The notes beneath the pieces are model-generated. The model saw only the letters and a list, made by a program, of their open reading frames with translations. It did not search any database and had not been told where the DNA came from. A stretch of DNA of 64,000 bases from Octopus sinensis (Eukaryota). The stretch lies in assembly GCF_006345805.1 (NCBI RefSeq), contig NC_043006.1, forward strand, positions 77,314,001-77,378,000, given 5' to 3'. Of the stretch, positions 1 through 13,809 are shown piece by piece (within the stretch, counting starts at the first letter, position 1; each line of letters begins with the position of its first letter). The translations under genes were made by a program, and so were the position numbers.

Positions 1-246
1 GATAATCGGATTTCACGTTCTTTCAACGTTTGTGAGAGTTCAGCAGAAATAACAAAATTATGGCTAAATAAAGAACTAATTAAACCCTTTGTGTCTGGCA
101 AATACTTTCGATAATATTAACTGCATTTTTTTTGTTTAATGGTATAAAATTTTATAACTAAAAGAAGTTTTCACACTCATGCACACAGAAACACATACGA
201 ATTTAGCTCTATGTATGAGTGAATGCATAAATGTATCTATCTATTT

Positions 247-250
<4 letters not shown>

Positions 251-296
<46 letters not shown>

Positions 297-422
297 ATAT
301 TTCAATACGCACACACATATACTCACACGCAATCACACATACATACCCCTATAGATAAATAGCTAGACAGACACAGCTGTACATGTGCTCATATATATAT
401 ATATATATTTATATACACATGC

Positions 423-487
<65 letters not shown>

Positions 488-533
488 CGTATACGTATCG
501 ATAGATAGCTAGACAGAAACAGATGTACATGGG

Positions 534-592
<59 letters not shown>
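251..592. repeat. Cluster of (TA)n and (CA)n microsatellites
   Basis: Pure TA runs at about 251-294, 455-482 and 537-592, plus a CA run at about 430-455. Confidence 0.95.
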
Positions 593-596
<4 letters not shown>

Positions 597-1004
597 CATA
601 TATACATATACTATATATGTGCGTGTATATATGCATATGTGCAAAGCGAAACAGAGATAGGTAGATACATGCATAGAAAAAGAAATAGATAAATAGACTG
701 ATATTTATGTGTATGAGAGTGTGTGTACCCGTGCGTGTGCATGTGAGTATATATATATATGCATATTCATGTATCTATGTATAATCGTTGTCTGCATTCT
801 ACGCATTTTATGAAATAGCTGCGCAATTTCGTTGGTAGACCATGTTGGACAATTAACCTATTAACCGTAACGTTACTACAAAACGGGAATGAAGTCTAAC
901 CGCGACTAGATAATTAGAAGAGATGTAAGAGAGAGGGAGAGAAGGAAGGAAACCCACAGAAGCTGTTACATCCATATACAAGACACGAAAAGTACACACA
1001 CACA

Positions 1005-1514
<510 letters not shown>

Positions 1515-2099
1515 ATGCACAGAAATACATATATGTATGTTAGCATTGTATGTATACGCGATATAGAGCTATACCCGTTCCGACAAAGAAAAAAACTTCT
1601 ATTCCTATCAGTGCCATTTACACACCCTAGACATATTACAATCAATACAATTATCTATGCATAACTCGCTTGCACAAAATGCACAATTAACTTTGTGCGG
1701 ATTTATATCGCTTCGCAAACTGATTCCAAATCTACACATTTTCACATACACACACACACATACATATACACAGATACACATGCACACATACACCCACGTA
1801 CACGGGCATTAGCAACTCTGACAAGCACTCCTATATTCTCAGACGCATTTTATCTTTGTAAATCATTTTTTCGTATTCCGTCTTTTAGTTTGTTTTTTAT
1901 CTCACTTCCTTTTTCTATCTGTCTTTCTCTGTCTCGGCCCTCTCTCTCTCTCTGTTCTCCTAGACGTTCGTTTATCTTGGTTGCTATTAGACTCTTCAAA
2001 TTTGTATAACTGTTTAGCTCCTCATCATAATACACAGATACACATACTCACATATATATGTATACATGTACTTATATATAGATACGTGTGTGTGCGTGA

Positions 2100-2150
<51 letters not shown>

Positions 2151-2152
2151 GT

Positions 2153-2227
<75 letters not shown>
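2100..2227. repeat. Compound (TA)n-(GATA)n microsatellite
   Basis: Directly visible in the sequence. Confidence 0.95.
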
Positions 2228-2559
2228 TGTGTATATATTTATATGAATGTAATTACATTTACAGAGAGATAGAATGGAGAAAGAAAGATAGCTGGGGGCG
2301 AGTGAAACGACAGCTTCTAAATATGCGTTTTAACTAAATCTTTTCAAATTCAATCAATTTTTCGACTATAGTTTTCATTTCGAAGTCCCTAGTATCACAT
2401 TTATCAACCTCTCCATACTAACTGACCTACCCCGCATTCGGGATACGGAGAGTTTTAATTGTTTCCTAGTGAGTGGCTCATGTCCATACATACTACTCTG
2501 CTTCAATTCAATCGTTATACGTTTGTGCATTGTATATTGTTCGTTAATTGTATCATTGT

Positions 2560-3200
2560 ATAGCTAAATCAATATTGAGTTCAAATTTTAGCGCAAGGTC
2601 TCTGATTTCAGTGCAATTGTTGTTACGATTCAACCTATTCGTGAGTGTTCCCTTGAAGTGAGAGCTACTGTCGCAGGCATAATCATTTTCTATATCCAGA
2701 ACCCTTGTCGCAGTCATTTCCATGTTCTGAAGGCCCAGGAATCTTATCGCAGTTATCTTCATTTTCTCATTGTCTTCAAAACGAATGCTCCCGAGGCTCT
2801 CGTTCAGCGTAGAGACTCTAGACAGGTGACAGACATATATGATGCGCATTTCTATCAATTATTTGGTTGCCAGGGTGACGCTGTGAAGGTGTGTACAATC
2901 CTAATGCAGTTGTTCTGGCCTTGATGATGAAACCTCTTTTTGAACTCCATCAAAATCTTTACAAGATACGTTTTATGGAACTTTTGACCACAGTGAACCC
3001 AGTGGACATAAATGACGATCTTTCTGTCAAAAAAGCAGATAATCACGAGATTCCCGGTGGAGTTGCTTTGTCTAGACACATTTGCTATCGAAAAACAAAT
3101 AGTCGACTCATACATTTCTATTTCATAAGCAATTTGGGTCATTTTATATCAGATTCTGTATTTGAGAGGATGTGTTCGACGTGCTGTTAAAGCGATTCCC
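2560..3200 (-). mobile_element. Degenerate mariner (Tc1/mariner) transposase, catalytic and C-terminal part
   Basis: Two adjacent minus-strand frames (ORFs 2855-3142 and 2553-2858) give RQSNSTGNLVIICFFDRKIVIYVHWV..GQKFHKTYLVKILMEFKKRF..HQGQN...VH and LNESLGSIRFEDNEKMK..ATRVLD...LNRNNNCTEIR. These align by eye with the mariner pattern RQSKSTGKLMMIPFFDSKGMIYIHWVP.GQTVNKEYYVEVLREFRKRF..HQDNAPVH...LKENLRGCRFEDIEEMKEAVTRVLD..WLERYNKCIEV. Frameshifted, with the YSPDL motif lost. Confidence 0.75.
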
Positions 3201-4121
3201 CCGAATCTGGAATAACAAAACTTTGCATCACAGCGTATTAGATGCATAGTAATGATATATTAAATATACAAAAATCTTGGAAACTACGACAGCTGTATAA
3301 GTCTCAAAACATTTGAGAATATGTATGTGTGTGCGCGCCTGCGTGTGCTGTTATATTTAGGTACGGTCATCAATTTTGCCAAATTATATTCATTTTATAC
3401 TCGTTTATTACTGTTCTTATTTCAACTGATGTTCATTGTATGTATGTATATATATATATATACGCACATATATATTTATTTATACATGTATATTCTCATG
3501 TGGATATATAGCACCAATATCATGAATTAATGCATTTCAGAAATAGTAACAAAATATTAGTAAATATAAAACTATATGCACTATTATAATATAGAATTTG
3601 ACTACACCGAGGTAAATTAATATTGTTCTATAACATTTACACCTACTAGTTTTAACTACTTGTACAAATATTTTATTTCAGCCGGTTCATTTCTAATTAT
3701 CTGTATCGGAGAACTAAAATATGATATAATGTAAAAAACAAAAAAAAAAACAAACAAACAAAAAAACCCACAACAAACAAACAATATTTCTACAATGTTA
3801 ACAATATGAATAAGAGCAATACGGTCATGAAAGTCAAAAATAATAAGTACGACGATGAGAAAAACACCATAGAATAAAACACAATACAATTAGACTGAAC
3901 GTCTGCAAAACAATTCTAAATCAAAAGTCACGGAGTTAGGCAACAACAAAAACAATAACTAATATTATTCATTATGAACGAAATGTAAATGACATTCGTC
4001 TCGACAGGAACGCTTATCGCGATTAACACAAACATTGTATTCTTCTGATAAGTGGCAGCAGCTGTACTGATGACTGAATTGAACAGCGGTGACCATTATG
4101 TGTGCGTGTGTATGTATACAT

Positions 4122-4181
<60 letters not shown>

Positions 4182-4809
4182 ACACACACATATATATATA
4201 TATATAGATAGAGAGAGAGATAGAGAGATGCAGGAATCTATACATCTATATGTATGCATAACTATACAAATATACATACATCTTTATACACACACTCATA
4301 TATAGAATTCTTTCTTTATTTATATATATAGATACACATAAGTAGATACATATATACAAATATATATGTCACTATGTGTACACACACACACATTTATCCG
4401 TATATATATATATATATGTATGTATGCATGTATGTATATATACGTATGTGTGTCCGTGCGTATGAATAGAGTTTGATGCACCAGATAAAGCAATATGGGG
4501 AGACAAGAAGAGTAACATTTCGTAATTAAGAACAAATTATTACAAATTTCAAATAGATCTAATCGTTAAAAAACATTTTTTCATCTATAACAATTTACGG
4601 AGTTTTTCTTTATTCACTTAGTTTTTAACGCTTAATATCGTTTTCTGTCTTTTCTAATAATATTGAAAATTATACGATAGTTATCTAATTGTATTTATGC
4701 AATTCCCTCCTTGCCTCTTTATATTCTTCTCTTTTACAAATATATTGTACATACGTGTGTGCGTGTGTATTTGTGTGTCTATTTAAGTGTGCGTTTGCGC
4801 GTGTGTGCA

Positions 4810-4814
4810 TGTAC

Positions 4815-4897
<83 letters not shown>

Positions 4898-4914
4898 GTA
4901 TATATATATATATC

Positions 4915-4945
<31 letters not shown>

Positions 4946-4951
4946 GTATAT

Positions 4952-5017
<66 letters not shown>

Positions 5018-5045
5018 TACAAGTATATATGTATGTGTGTGTGTA
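4810..5045. repeat. Long interrupted (TA)n/(TATG) tract
   Basis: Directly visible in the sequence. Confidence 0.95.
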
Positions 5046-5818
5046 CATCTGTATGTATACACCACCACACCAAACACACATATATATTTATTCATATAAT
5101 GGAAGGAAAAATTCGGAAAAGGAAGACAAGACGAAAACAATTAAATTGGCGAAATAAGGAAAGAAATGAAAGTGGTTTGTGTATGAGAAATAAAATATCC
5201 GAATATAGTGCACTTTTAGTTATAGGGAAAAAAAACTCTCCATACTCCTCCTAACGCAATTCTCTAAGGTCTCAAAACTACTTGTTCTCATTCATTCCCA
5301 ACACCAAATATGAAATGCATTATTCTCCGAATATATAACAATACAATAATTTTATTGACACGCTGCTTCATTATACTTTACCGTCACCTTATAGTGAAGT
5401 ACAGATTGCTAACATTTATCTCTAGAGGCCACCTGTAATAGATACTAGTTTGAATCTATTTGCTCAATGATTGCGTGTGTGCGTTAATGTATACACATTG
5501 CGATACTGAATTAATGTTAATGTTTATATTTGATTTTACGAACGATAAATCATTGGGTGCTGCCCCACCATTACTCGATTTAGCGCCACAGGCACGGGTT
5601 TTGGTACCCTTTCATAGAAATCACTCAATTGCCAGTTTTTGTATCCCTTCCAATATGAGAATTAGTTTTTTCTTGTACTTTTACTCATCTCACCATTTAC
5701 GAATGTCAGAAAAATAAAGATTATTGAACATTAACCTGTCTAAACAATGATTTTATTCAATCAGTTGAGATACATTTTATAAATATGCCGGTGGTACGTA
5801 GGAAATTACACAAGTACC

Positions 5819-5865
<47 letters not shown>

Positions 5866-8053
5866 TATATCTTATGGATAGTTAACGCCATGTTTTCTAC
5901 GGGGCTCTTCCCAGTAGCTGAATCAGCAGCCATGTTTCTACTTCTGCATCTTCTACGGGTGTTTTTTTTTTCTTTTTACATCATGAAGATATTTGATCGA
6001 TACAAACTATTATCATGTTGTTCTGTTTAACGTAACCAGAGGGCTTCAGAGATTCTCAAAAATATCCTCACAATCAGTTTATTTCCACATTCGCTATAAG
6101 GAATATTAACTACTTTTCTATTATATTTCATTTCAAAATCACTTATCTTGTTCTCACATACAGAATGTAATATTCATGATTCTAGTCTATATATCGCATC
6201 TACAACTATAATTGCTTTCTAAAAACTTTTTTTTTTTTTGCTATTTTTTTCTGATACTGCCGCCATTGTAGCTTCGGAAATCCTGAATTTTTACTTCGTT
6301 CTGTTAATTTATTCCTTCCGTTATTGTTCCTACTAGATATTTAAAATCTTCAACTTCTTTTAAATATAACACACTATTGCATTCACCCTTTCGTTTTTGA
6401 GAGTAATTGTACGAACTCTTTTGATTTTGTTCCAGCTTTAGTTATATTCTATGCCTTACAGCAGTTTGTATTCAGGCGTATTTGTAAGATATTTTAGTCA
6501 TGCGTTATTCTGTTCCATTAAACGAATATCATCGTCAAATGGTAATTTACCAATACTGAAATATTTCCTTCAAAATATGCAAAGTCGTCCGACATAATAA
6601 AATTTCATAAATTCATTGAGATTTATTGTTGAAAGAAGTAATCTTTCCTTGATACCAACTGGCGTTTTAGTATTCTAACATAGTAAAATTCCATGTAAAA
6701 TTAGACTTTATACGTTTGAGCTATATTGTTCATAAGGTACATGCGACCAAAAGCTTCCTAAATTACGATGAGTGTAACATTTTTAAATATTCCACTAGAT
6801 ACATCACCGATGTATGTCTATATACTTGTGTCTGTTTCACTGTGTTCAACCCCATCTAAGACATCTCTACAAGAGAGATTAATCCCACAAGGACTTACTT
6901 AACATTTTTGTTGAGGTGTTTAAGTCTATCTCAGACCTATTGAAGCAATCCTTAAAAAGAAAACCGCCGTATTTAAGTTCATTGAATCATCATGGAGAGC
7001 ATCTTGTCTAATCGCTTATACTGTCTTGTTGTTCTCCCATTCCAAGATTGTAGCGTATAATTTGTCACTGATTGTATTGCTATTTCCTGCAGCCCAATAA
7101 ACTACAAAGAGGCCACCGGTTTACATCTAAGGCTCCTGATGTGTTGTAAACGTGGATCGGTCTCAATTCCGAAAGGTTTGATGTAACTTCACTATTATTG
7201 CACTAGATTTAGTTCACGGCATTGAGCAATTGACCGACAAATTTAAATGCAAGAAATCAATAATGACACGCAAATTACTTACAAAAATCAATGTAATGAA
7301 CTAAGATATCATAACTTGAAATTTTAACACAACTTTAACACAACTCCATGTTGGTTTTCTTTGAAGAAAAATTCTTTTGAAATTTGTTTTAAATTTTCTA
7401 ATCAAATTTCTATTGTATTGATTTCTAACAAATGTTAAGAAAATGATAGAGCTGATTTAATCGATTACAGTACATATTATTTCGTCGACCCCATCTGATT
7501 AAAGACCAAGTCGATCCTTACAGGATTTTAATTCAAACCAAAGTGATGTAACTTAATTATCGAATACACACTGCTCTCACTCACCCAATATAGTTTATAT
7601 TACACAGTGACAAATTGATAAGGTAGCTTTCAGGATCTTTCAGTCACACACTCTCTACGACATGTTACTAGAGTCAGCTCTGAAGAAGTAATTGTTTCAT
7701 AACGCCTGCTCTTTAGATGGTGTAAGTAAAAAAGGGAAAGTATACTGCCTCTTTTATTTCTGTATATGTAATACATTTTAGAAATTATTATCACTCTCAA
7801 ATCTATAAGCATCTATATTTGAATAATCAAAGGCTAGCTGAGTAGTCTCAGGGGAATTATGTGGAAATAAATTGCTTTCCAAACAATGTTAAGACAAAAT
7901 GGCCTATTCACTAAACAAAGATTATGACAACTACAACTACTACTAATACTACACAACTACTACTGCTGCTGCTGCTACGAATGTCAAATCATCAACTACT
8001 CACTGAGTTGTGCTTTTCATAGACAATTCATTTTAATTTATTAGAGATAAAAA

Positions 8054-8452
8054 GTGGCGAGCTGGCAGAAACATTAGCACGCCGGGTGAAATGCTTAGCA
8101 GTATTTCGTCTGCCGCTACGTTCTGCGTTCAAATTCCGCCGTGGTCGACTTTGCCTTTCATCCTTTCGGGGTCGATAAAATAAGTACCAGTTACGCACTG
8201 GGATCGATATAATCGACTTAATCCGTTTGTCTGTCCTTGTTTTTCCTCTCTGTGTTTAGCCACTTGTGGGTAGTAAAGAAATAGAAATAAGTATTTCGTC
8301 CGTCTCCCTGAGTTCAAATTCTGCCGAGGTCGACTTTGCCTTTCATCCTTTCGGGGCCGATAATTAAGAACTAGTTGCGTATTTGGGTATATCTAATCGA
8401 CTGCCCCACTTCCCTCAAAATTTCAGACCGTGTGCCTAGAGTAGAAAAGAAT
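8054..8452 (+). mobile_element. tRNA-derived SINE, family A (dimeric form)
   Basis: Head GGCGAGCTGGCAGAAACATTAGCACGCCGGG, B-box-like GTTCAAATTCC, then the central motif GTCGACTTTGCCTTTCATCCTTTCGGGG(T/C)CGATAA, which occurs twice (about 8142-8185 and 8327-8365). Homologous to many other copies in the window. Confidence 0.85.
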
Positions 8453-9149
8453 ATATCAGATAAACTTTTCAAAATCACTGCTATGTCAGACCATAATATT
8501 TCATGAATTCAGGACCAAAAGCACCTACTTTATATCACATTGCGCAATCTATCTGATAAGATAGACACTTAGCGACGATGCTATTTTTTCTTTCCCTTTC
8601 GTGTCTTTATTTTTCTTTGGTTGGTAATCGGAAGCAATACCGACATTCACGGAAGTGAAACTGCTGGAAGGATTACAGTTATAGAAAAGAAAAACAAAAC
8701 TACTTTAAACCTAATCAATGCTCGTATCTACATTCTTTTTATAGAACAGTCTTTTTTGCTACTCTTGTTAGAGTTCAACTTTCTCTTTTCCCGAAGTGAA
8801 ACGCCATTCAGTGTATTTTATAATGGATATAAATATAATAAACTAAAAATACACCAGATTATTTAATTCAAGGTGATTTTGTGCTGCGATTTACTTTTCA
8901 TATTTCTTTATGCAAACGCGAGGTTTCATATAATGAAATTTAACTTTTCTATTTTCTGAGTGCAAACACAATGATCGACCCGCATCGTAATCCCGATATT
9001 CAACGTTAAAAATGAGTTTAGATAATAAGAATTTACTATCAGCTCAAATTACAACACTCCTACTTGGATGTTGTCAGTCAATATAAAGAACCAACGTTAT
9101 AGAATGACACAACATCTAGGTTAGGAAAATGAAATATGTCGCAATATAT

Positions 9150-9471
9150 TTGCCATCAAGATGTAGGACAAGATACTGTGATAGCCTGGGCTTCCGAGGC
9201 CCACAGCTCTTCAATATCCTCCCGAAGAACCTGCATGGGGTGGATGCAGATGTTTTTAAAATAAAACTGGATCTCTTCCTGTCAGGTGTCCAAGATGAAC
9301 CAACTTCACGGCAGGAGGTGCAGATGAGGGCAGCTGCATCGAACTCTCTCATGCACCAAATGGCAATTGCTGAAAAGCATTTCGTGAAGTAAAATCATGT
9401 AGCAACACCAAATGGCGGTGCCCCAGCATGGTCACAGCTCGTGAGCTGAAACTAGATAAAATAAAAAAAAA
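9150..9471 (+). mobile_element. 5'-truncated LINE: ORF2 C-terminus, 3' UTR and A-rich tail (APE-type LINE; clade not assignable)
   Basis: ORF 9129-9392 reads SRCRTRYCDSLGFRGPQLFNILPKNLHGVDADVFKIKLDLFLSGVQDEP, the typical (R)GPxLFNxLP...FKxxLDxFL..xPDxP end of LINE ORF2. It is followed by a short UTR and the tail AAAATAAAAAAAAA (9458-9471). Confidence 0.75.
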
Positions 9472-10786
9472 TTTTTTAATATTCTCTACTGATATAATCT
9501 CAGATATAAACCAATTCGCTGTTTTAATATGAATTCAAAAAAAATTGTCTTTGCTAAATATAATATTGGTAGCAATGAATAACTATGAGAGTTTCTCATT
9601 ATTCTTTTATTGGCGATATTATAAACTGTATTTTGTTATGCTTTCGATAGAAAACTTGTTGCATTAATGAAGAAACTCTTAGTAAGCAAAATACAGTTGA
9701 ATTGTGAATATGAGAACTATTCTATCACTTAGACAATACATTTCTTTTATTTCATCTCATATAATTGTGTACGATTTATTTCGGTTACACCTAATTTGTT
9801 ATTCTCATTTTGCAATGAAGTTTCTTCTCTTTTGTTACAAATTTTCTTTTGGATTATTCACCGAGTTCATCAATTTGCAAAAAGAATTTTAAATGTCAGC
9901 AGAGTTTTCTTGCCTTTAAGTCTTTTCTAAGCAGCATGAAACATAGACTACTTAAACAGAACAATTGCATCATTCAGCAAAAATTTAGTTGAAGAACAAT
10001 ATAATTTCGAGGCATTAAGAAGACAAAAAGTAAAGAAGATTTCCTTCAGAATGTCAACTAACATTACTGTATTTTATATTTCTTATTTTTTATTGACAGA
10101 TTCTAAAAGAAATGACAAACTGCTGTCATTGCATTTTCGATGTGAAGTATCATGTACGAAACATTAATGACCTCTAGTGAGTGTGATATTAAGTGTATAG
10201 ACATTATTTTAGAAGTAAAGAAAATACATTTCATTATTACTGCAGGTTTACTGCAGAGTTGTTGTATTTGAATAAACTATACACTTATCACAATATTAAC
10301 GGGCTGTGTCTTGTGCAAAAATTTAAGAAAGTTACTTTATATAATAATTATATTTCACTAACAAGTCTGCCATCCCTCGGTCGCCATAAGATTTTAAAGC
10401 ATATTTTGCTAAAGAAGTGGAATATGACTTAAATATGTCCAGTGTTGTCACTGGACAATCTACTCCGAGCCTCTTGACAAGAATTATTATTACAGTTAAT
10501 TTTTATTTCAACTTGATTAAGAGTGTAACATTATTTCATTTAATATTTTGGGGTCACTACATTAATTCAACAATACTAATCTAACTACATATAAACCATT
10601 CTGCACGGTAAATGTTTTATAAATCAGTGTTAATATTATTGAAAATAATGGACTGCATTTATATCAAGTGACAGATGAACATGCTGTGCTATTTGTTCTG
10701 CATAGCAGCAGCTGTTTTATTATATCATTCATTAATGGCTTCAAATTAAACTGCACTTCTCAAATTGAAAACTTCAGCAACAAAAA

Positions 10787-10794
10787 CAACAACG

Positions 10795-10825
<31 letters not shown>

Positions 10826-10865
10826 TAATAATAATAATTTTAATAATAAGAAGAAGAAAAAAAAG
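10787..10865. repeat. (AAC)/(AAT)n/(AAG) trinucleotide tract
   Basis: Directly visible; lies immediately 5' of the R4/Dong-like fragment. Confidence 0.9.
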
Positions 10866-11440
10866 AATTACGCAAGAAGGGTCTGCACAATCAATTCCAT
10901 ATAGCTACAACAGAATTTGCTGGAAAAATAGGTCACATTGGCTGATGAGAGGAATCTTTAAAAAATGAGATCGAGGGCACTAAATTGGTAGCGTTGGTCA
11001 GAAACTGGAGAGTCAACCTTAAGAATGAAGAAGTGCAGAGTTGACCTTAAGAATGAGTAAGTGTCTCCGCTGCAACAGAGTGGATGGAACCATTGCCCAA
11101 GTCAGGAACAAATGCCCTAGACTTGCCCAAAATCACTACAAGTTGTGGCGATTACGATCAGGTAGTGACAGTGCTACATTGGGAAAGTAGGGGCTAGAGA
11201 GAGGGAAGACATGGTATGAGAACAAACCGCGGTGGAGTCAAAGATTAGGAAAATCCTCTGGGATTTCCAAATCCAAACAGATCAGATGTTGGACAAGGTG
11301 CACCACATATGCTATATAGTTGATGTTGCATACCCCCTTAACCCACGAATAGTCAACAAGAATGGCGGAAAGATAGATAAATACAACCCTCTTAAGTACG
11401 AAATAGTCCGGTTATAGAAAATGAAGAAGGTTTCTGCGGC
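10866..11440 (+). mobile_element. Degenerate R4/Dong-like non-LTR retrotransposon fragment (zinc knuckle and restriction-like endonuclease region)
   Basis: Across frameshifts it reads KKGLHNQF..WLMRG...KCLRCNRVDGTIAQVRNKCPRLAQNHYKLWR / DQVVTVLHW / ERGKTWYENKP / KILWDFQIQTDQ...ICYIVDVAYPLNPRI...KIDKYNPLKYEIVRL. This matches the CCHC knuckle and the KILWDF.IQTD...DVA.P......K..KY..L..EI.RL signature of REL-type (R4/Dong/NeSL group) ORFs. The PD residues are deleted. Confidence 0.8.
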
Positions 11441-11619
11441 CGATAAGTATTTATAATTTTTTAGATTTTAATTATTTCTATGGGAGGTTTTGGAACATAA
11501 CGCGCGATAGTCGAGGCATTACTGTACATTGTATGGTTTAATAAGCCGCATCATCATGGATCTATGTTGTAGATACAAGAGGTGCTCAGACTTTGCATAA
11601 AGAGTAGGCAACCACCATA

Positions 11620-11664
11620 TATATATACATACATACAGACATATATATATATATACATACAGAC

Positions 11665-11712
<48 letters not shown>

Positions 11713-11749
11713 TATATATAATAATAATAATAATATAATAATAATAATA

Positions 11750-11783
<34 letters not shown>

Positions 11784-11882
11784 TTACAACAACAAATCAC
11801 AGCACATACCCAAGGCACACAGAGCTGCGCTCGGTAGTGAAGTGAAAGCACGCTATAAAAATAAAACTACTGAATAATGATG

Positions 11883-11927
<45 letters not shown>

Positions 11928-11963
11928 TTAATAATAATAATAATAATAATAATGATGATAATA
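11620..11963. repeat. (TA)n and two (AAT)n arrays enclosing an 85-bp unique spacer
   Basis: AAT arrays at about 11720-11782 and 11873-11963. The spacer ACAACAAATCACAGCACATACCC...AAAACTACTG runs into (AAT)n like a retroposon 3' end (inference). Confidence 0.8.
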
Positions 11964-13154
11964 TAAAAAACTTCTTAGTTCTTCTCAGACGTTGAAAGTA
12001 AGAGCTATTCATGGATTTTTGATACAGAAGTGGAGAAGTTATATACTAATAGATGTTGTTGATAAGGTGTTCCATATTGCAGGCCATAATTGGCAAGATA
12101 AACTGTTCTTATAGACCTTACATTTTGCCGGCAGACAAAATGTACAAAATACTTAACGATTTTCATCACAAAATATTTATCAATTATTGTGGAGTTAGTA
12201 ATAATTTACTGATCAGGAAGAACTTTTTGTAACTAATATAACACATTGTTGTTAGACAGATTTGTTATTATTAGTTGCCAGAGAAAACATTATTGGTAAC
12301 CAATGTAGTCATTATTGGTAGCTGCAGTAGAAAGCCTAATGCTGTAATTGCATTGTACATAAAAGGGAAGAATTGATCCAAACAATCAAAGGGAGGAATT
12401 GATCGGGCGTTTAAACAAATGTCTTCTCTCAGGGCGTTGAACCTTTCAGATTTCAAACCTCAACCATGTCCTTAATAAAATCCATTCTCAAAAGGTGGGA
12501 ACAATTACGTGCCAGTTAATTACTGGAGTCTATTGATATTTCTTTAAAGTTCCTAGATGTGAATAGAATTGTTAAAGAAGAGAAAAGTGTTCTCTCATGT
12601 CGACAGCCCGATCCAGTTAAGAAAACTATTGCAAGAATACAAGAAAATAACATGAAAATAGAATCATCATATATTATCAATGAACGTTATAGAAATTATG
12701 AAGTATAGCAAGTAAAAAGAACTGTTAGCAATGAATGGTTTTCGCAATTATTGACACCACGGGCATAACATATTTATTGAATAAATATTTCTAAATGAGT
12801 TTAAATGAGCTATAAATTAAGTTGTCAGAGTTAAATAATTTGGCCGCGGGACGGAATATCACCGGTAAGTTCTCATGAAGAACTCGTCTGAGTTCAAACC
12901 CTACTTGTATATCTGATTGCGAAAATTTACAGTTTTAGATAAACACTGAAAACAGGCATTTGTATATGTACATCCATTGAAAAGATAATAATATTTTGAA
13001 TCACAATTATTGTAGGTTTTATTTTTCTTTTTGTTATCCTGCTGTACTGAAATAACAAGGGAAAATCAACGCTTCTGTATTTACTGAAATAAATATTTTA
13101 TTAAAGTACTTCAGACACACACGCACGCAGACACACACACACACACATACAACA

Positions 13155-13266
13155 CATCATCATCATCATTGTCCGACCGTGGCCGAGACAATAGAATTTA
13201 CTATGTTACGCCAGACTTCACAGTCCATCATAGCATTACGGAGGTCATGTCGCTGGATGCCTGTAG
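13155..13266 (-). mobile_element. Very short 3' end of an RTE-clade LINE with (TGA)n tail
   Basis: Minus strand reads ..TGIQRHDLRNAMMDCEVWRNIVNSIVSATVGQ* followed by (TGA)n. This fits the RTE ORF2 terminus pattern DTG....DL..AM.DRE.WR..V. It is inserted in a CA repeat, with CACACACATACA on both sides (13140-13151 and 13267-13278). Confidence 0.7.
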
Positions 13267-13608
13267 CACACACATACACACGCACAAATTAAAATCTATG
13301 CGGCTTTAAGTCGGAAAACATTTCCACTCTCAAGTTAGCATATCATAGCCACTGAATGTACTGACTGCTTAGAAATATTCTGAAATAGCTGATGAAAACT
13401 TAAAAACTACATAAATGAGAAGAAACCAGGCACCAAATACACACAGGGGAAAGGCAAGTTCACAATATACTAAAGACAATCCATGATTATTGCCCTCTTA
13501 CAACATGGCGAAATGCCTCTTCTCGTCTTATTTCTGACATATGCATACATAATACATACACGCACAGACTCACATATATATATATATGCTTATATAGACG
13601 TATATATA

Positions 13609-13668
<60 letters not shown>

Positions 13669-13745
13669 GTGTTTATAAGTATATCTATATGTATGCATGT
13701 ATATAAACACATATATATATATATATGTGTGTGTATGTATGCATT

Positions 13746-13809
<64 letters not shown>

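Noticed and set aside
6890-7250. Possible mariner N-terminal piece (IETDPR) or minus-strand exon ending at a GTAAGT donor (6898)
   Set aside because: One short motif with stops in all frames; neither reading could be extended.
8651-8663. GGAAGTGAAACTG, an ETS-IRF composite-like site (partial echo at 8793-8802)
   Set aside because: A single 10-mer of this composition has a rough chance expectation of about 0.1-0.2 in this window, and there is no evidence of a nearby promoter.
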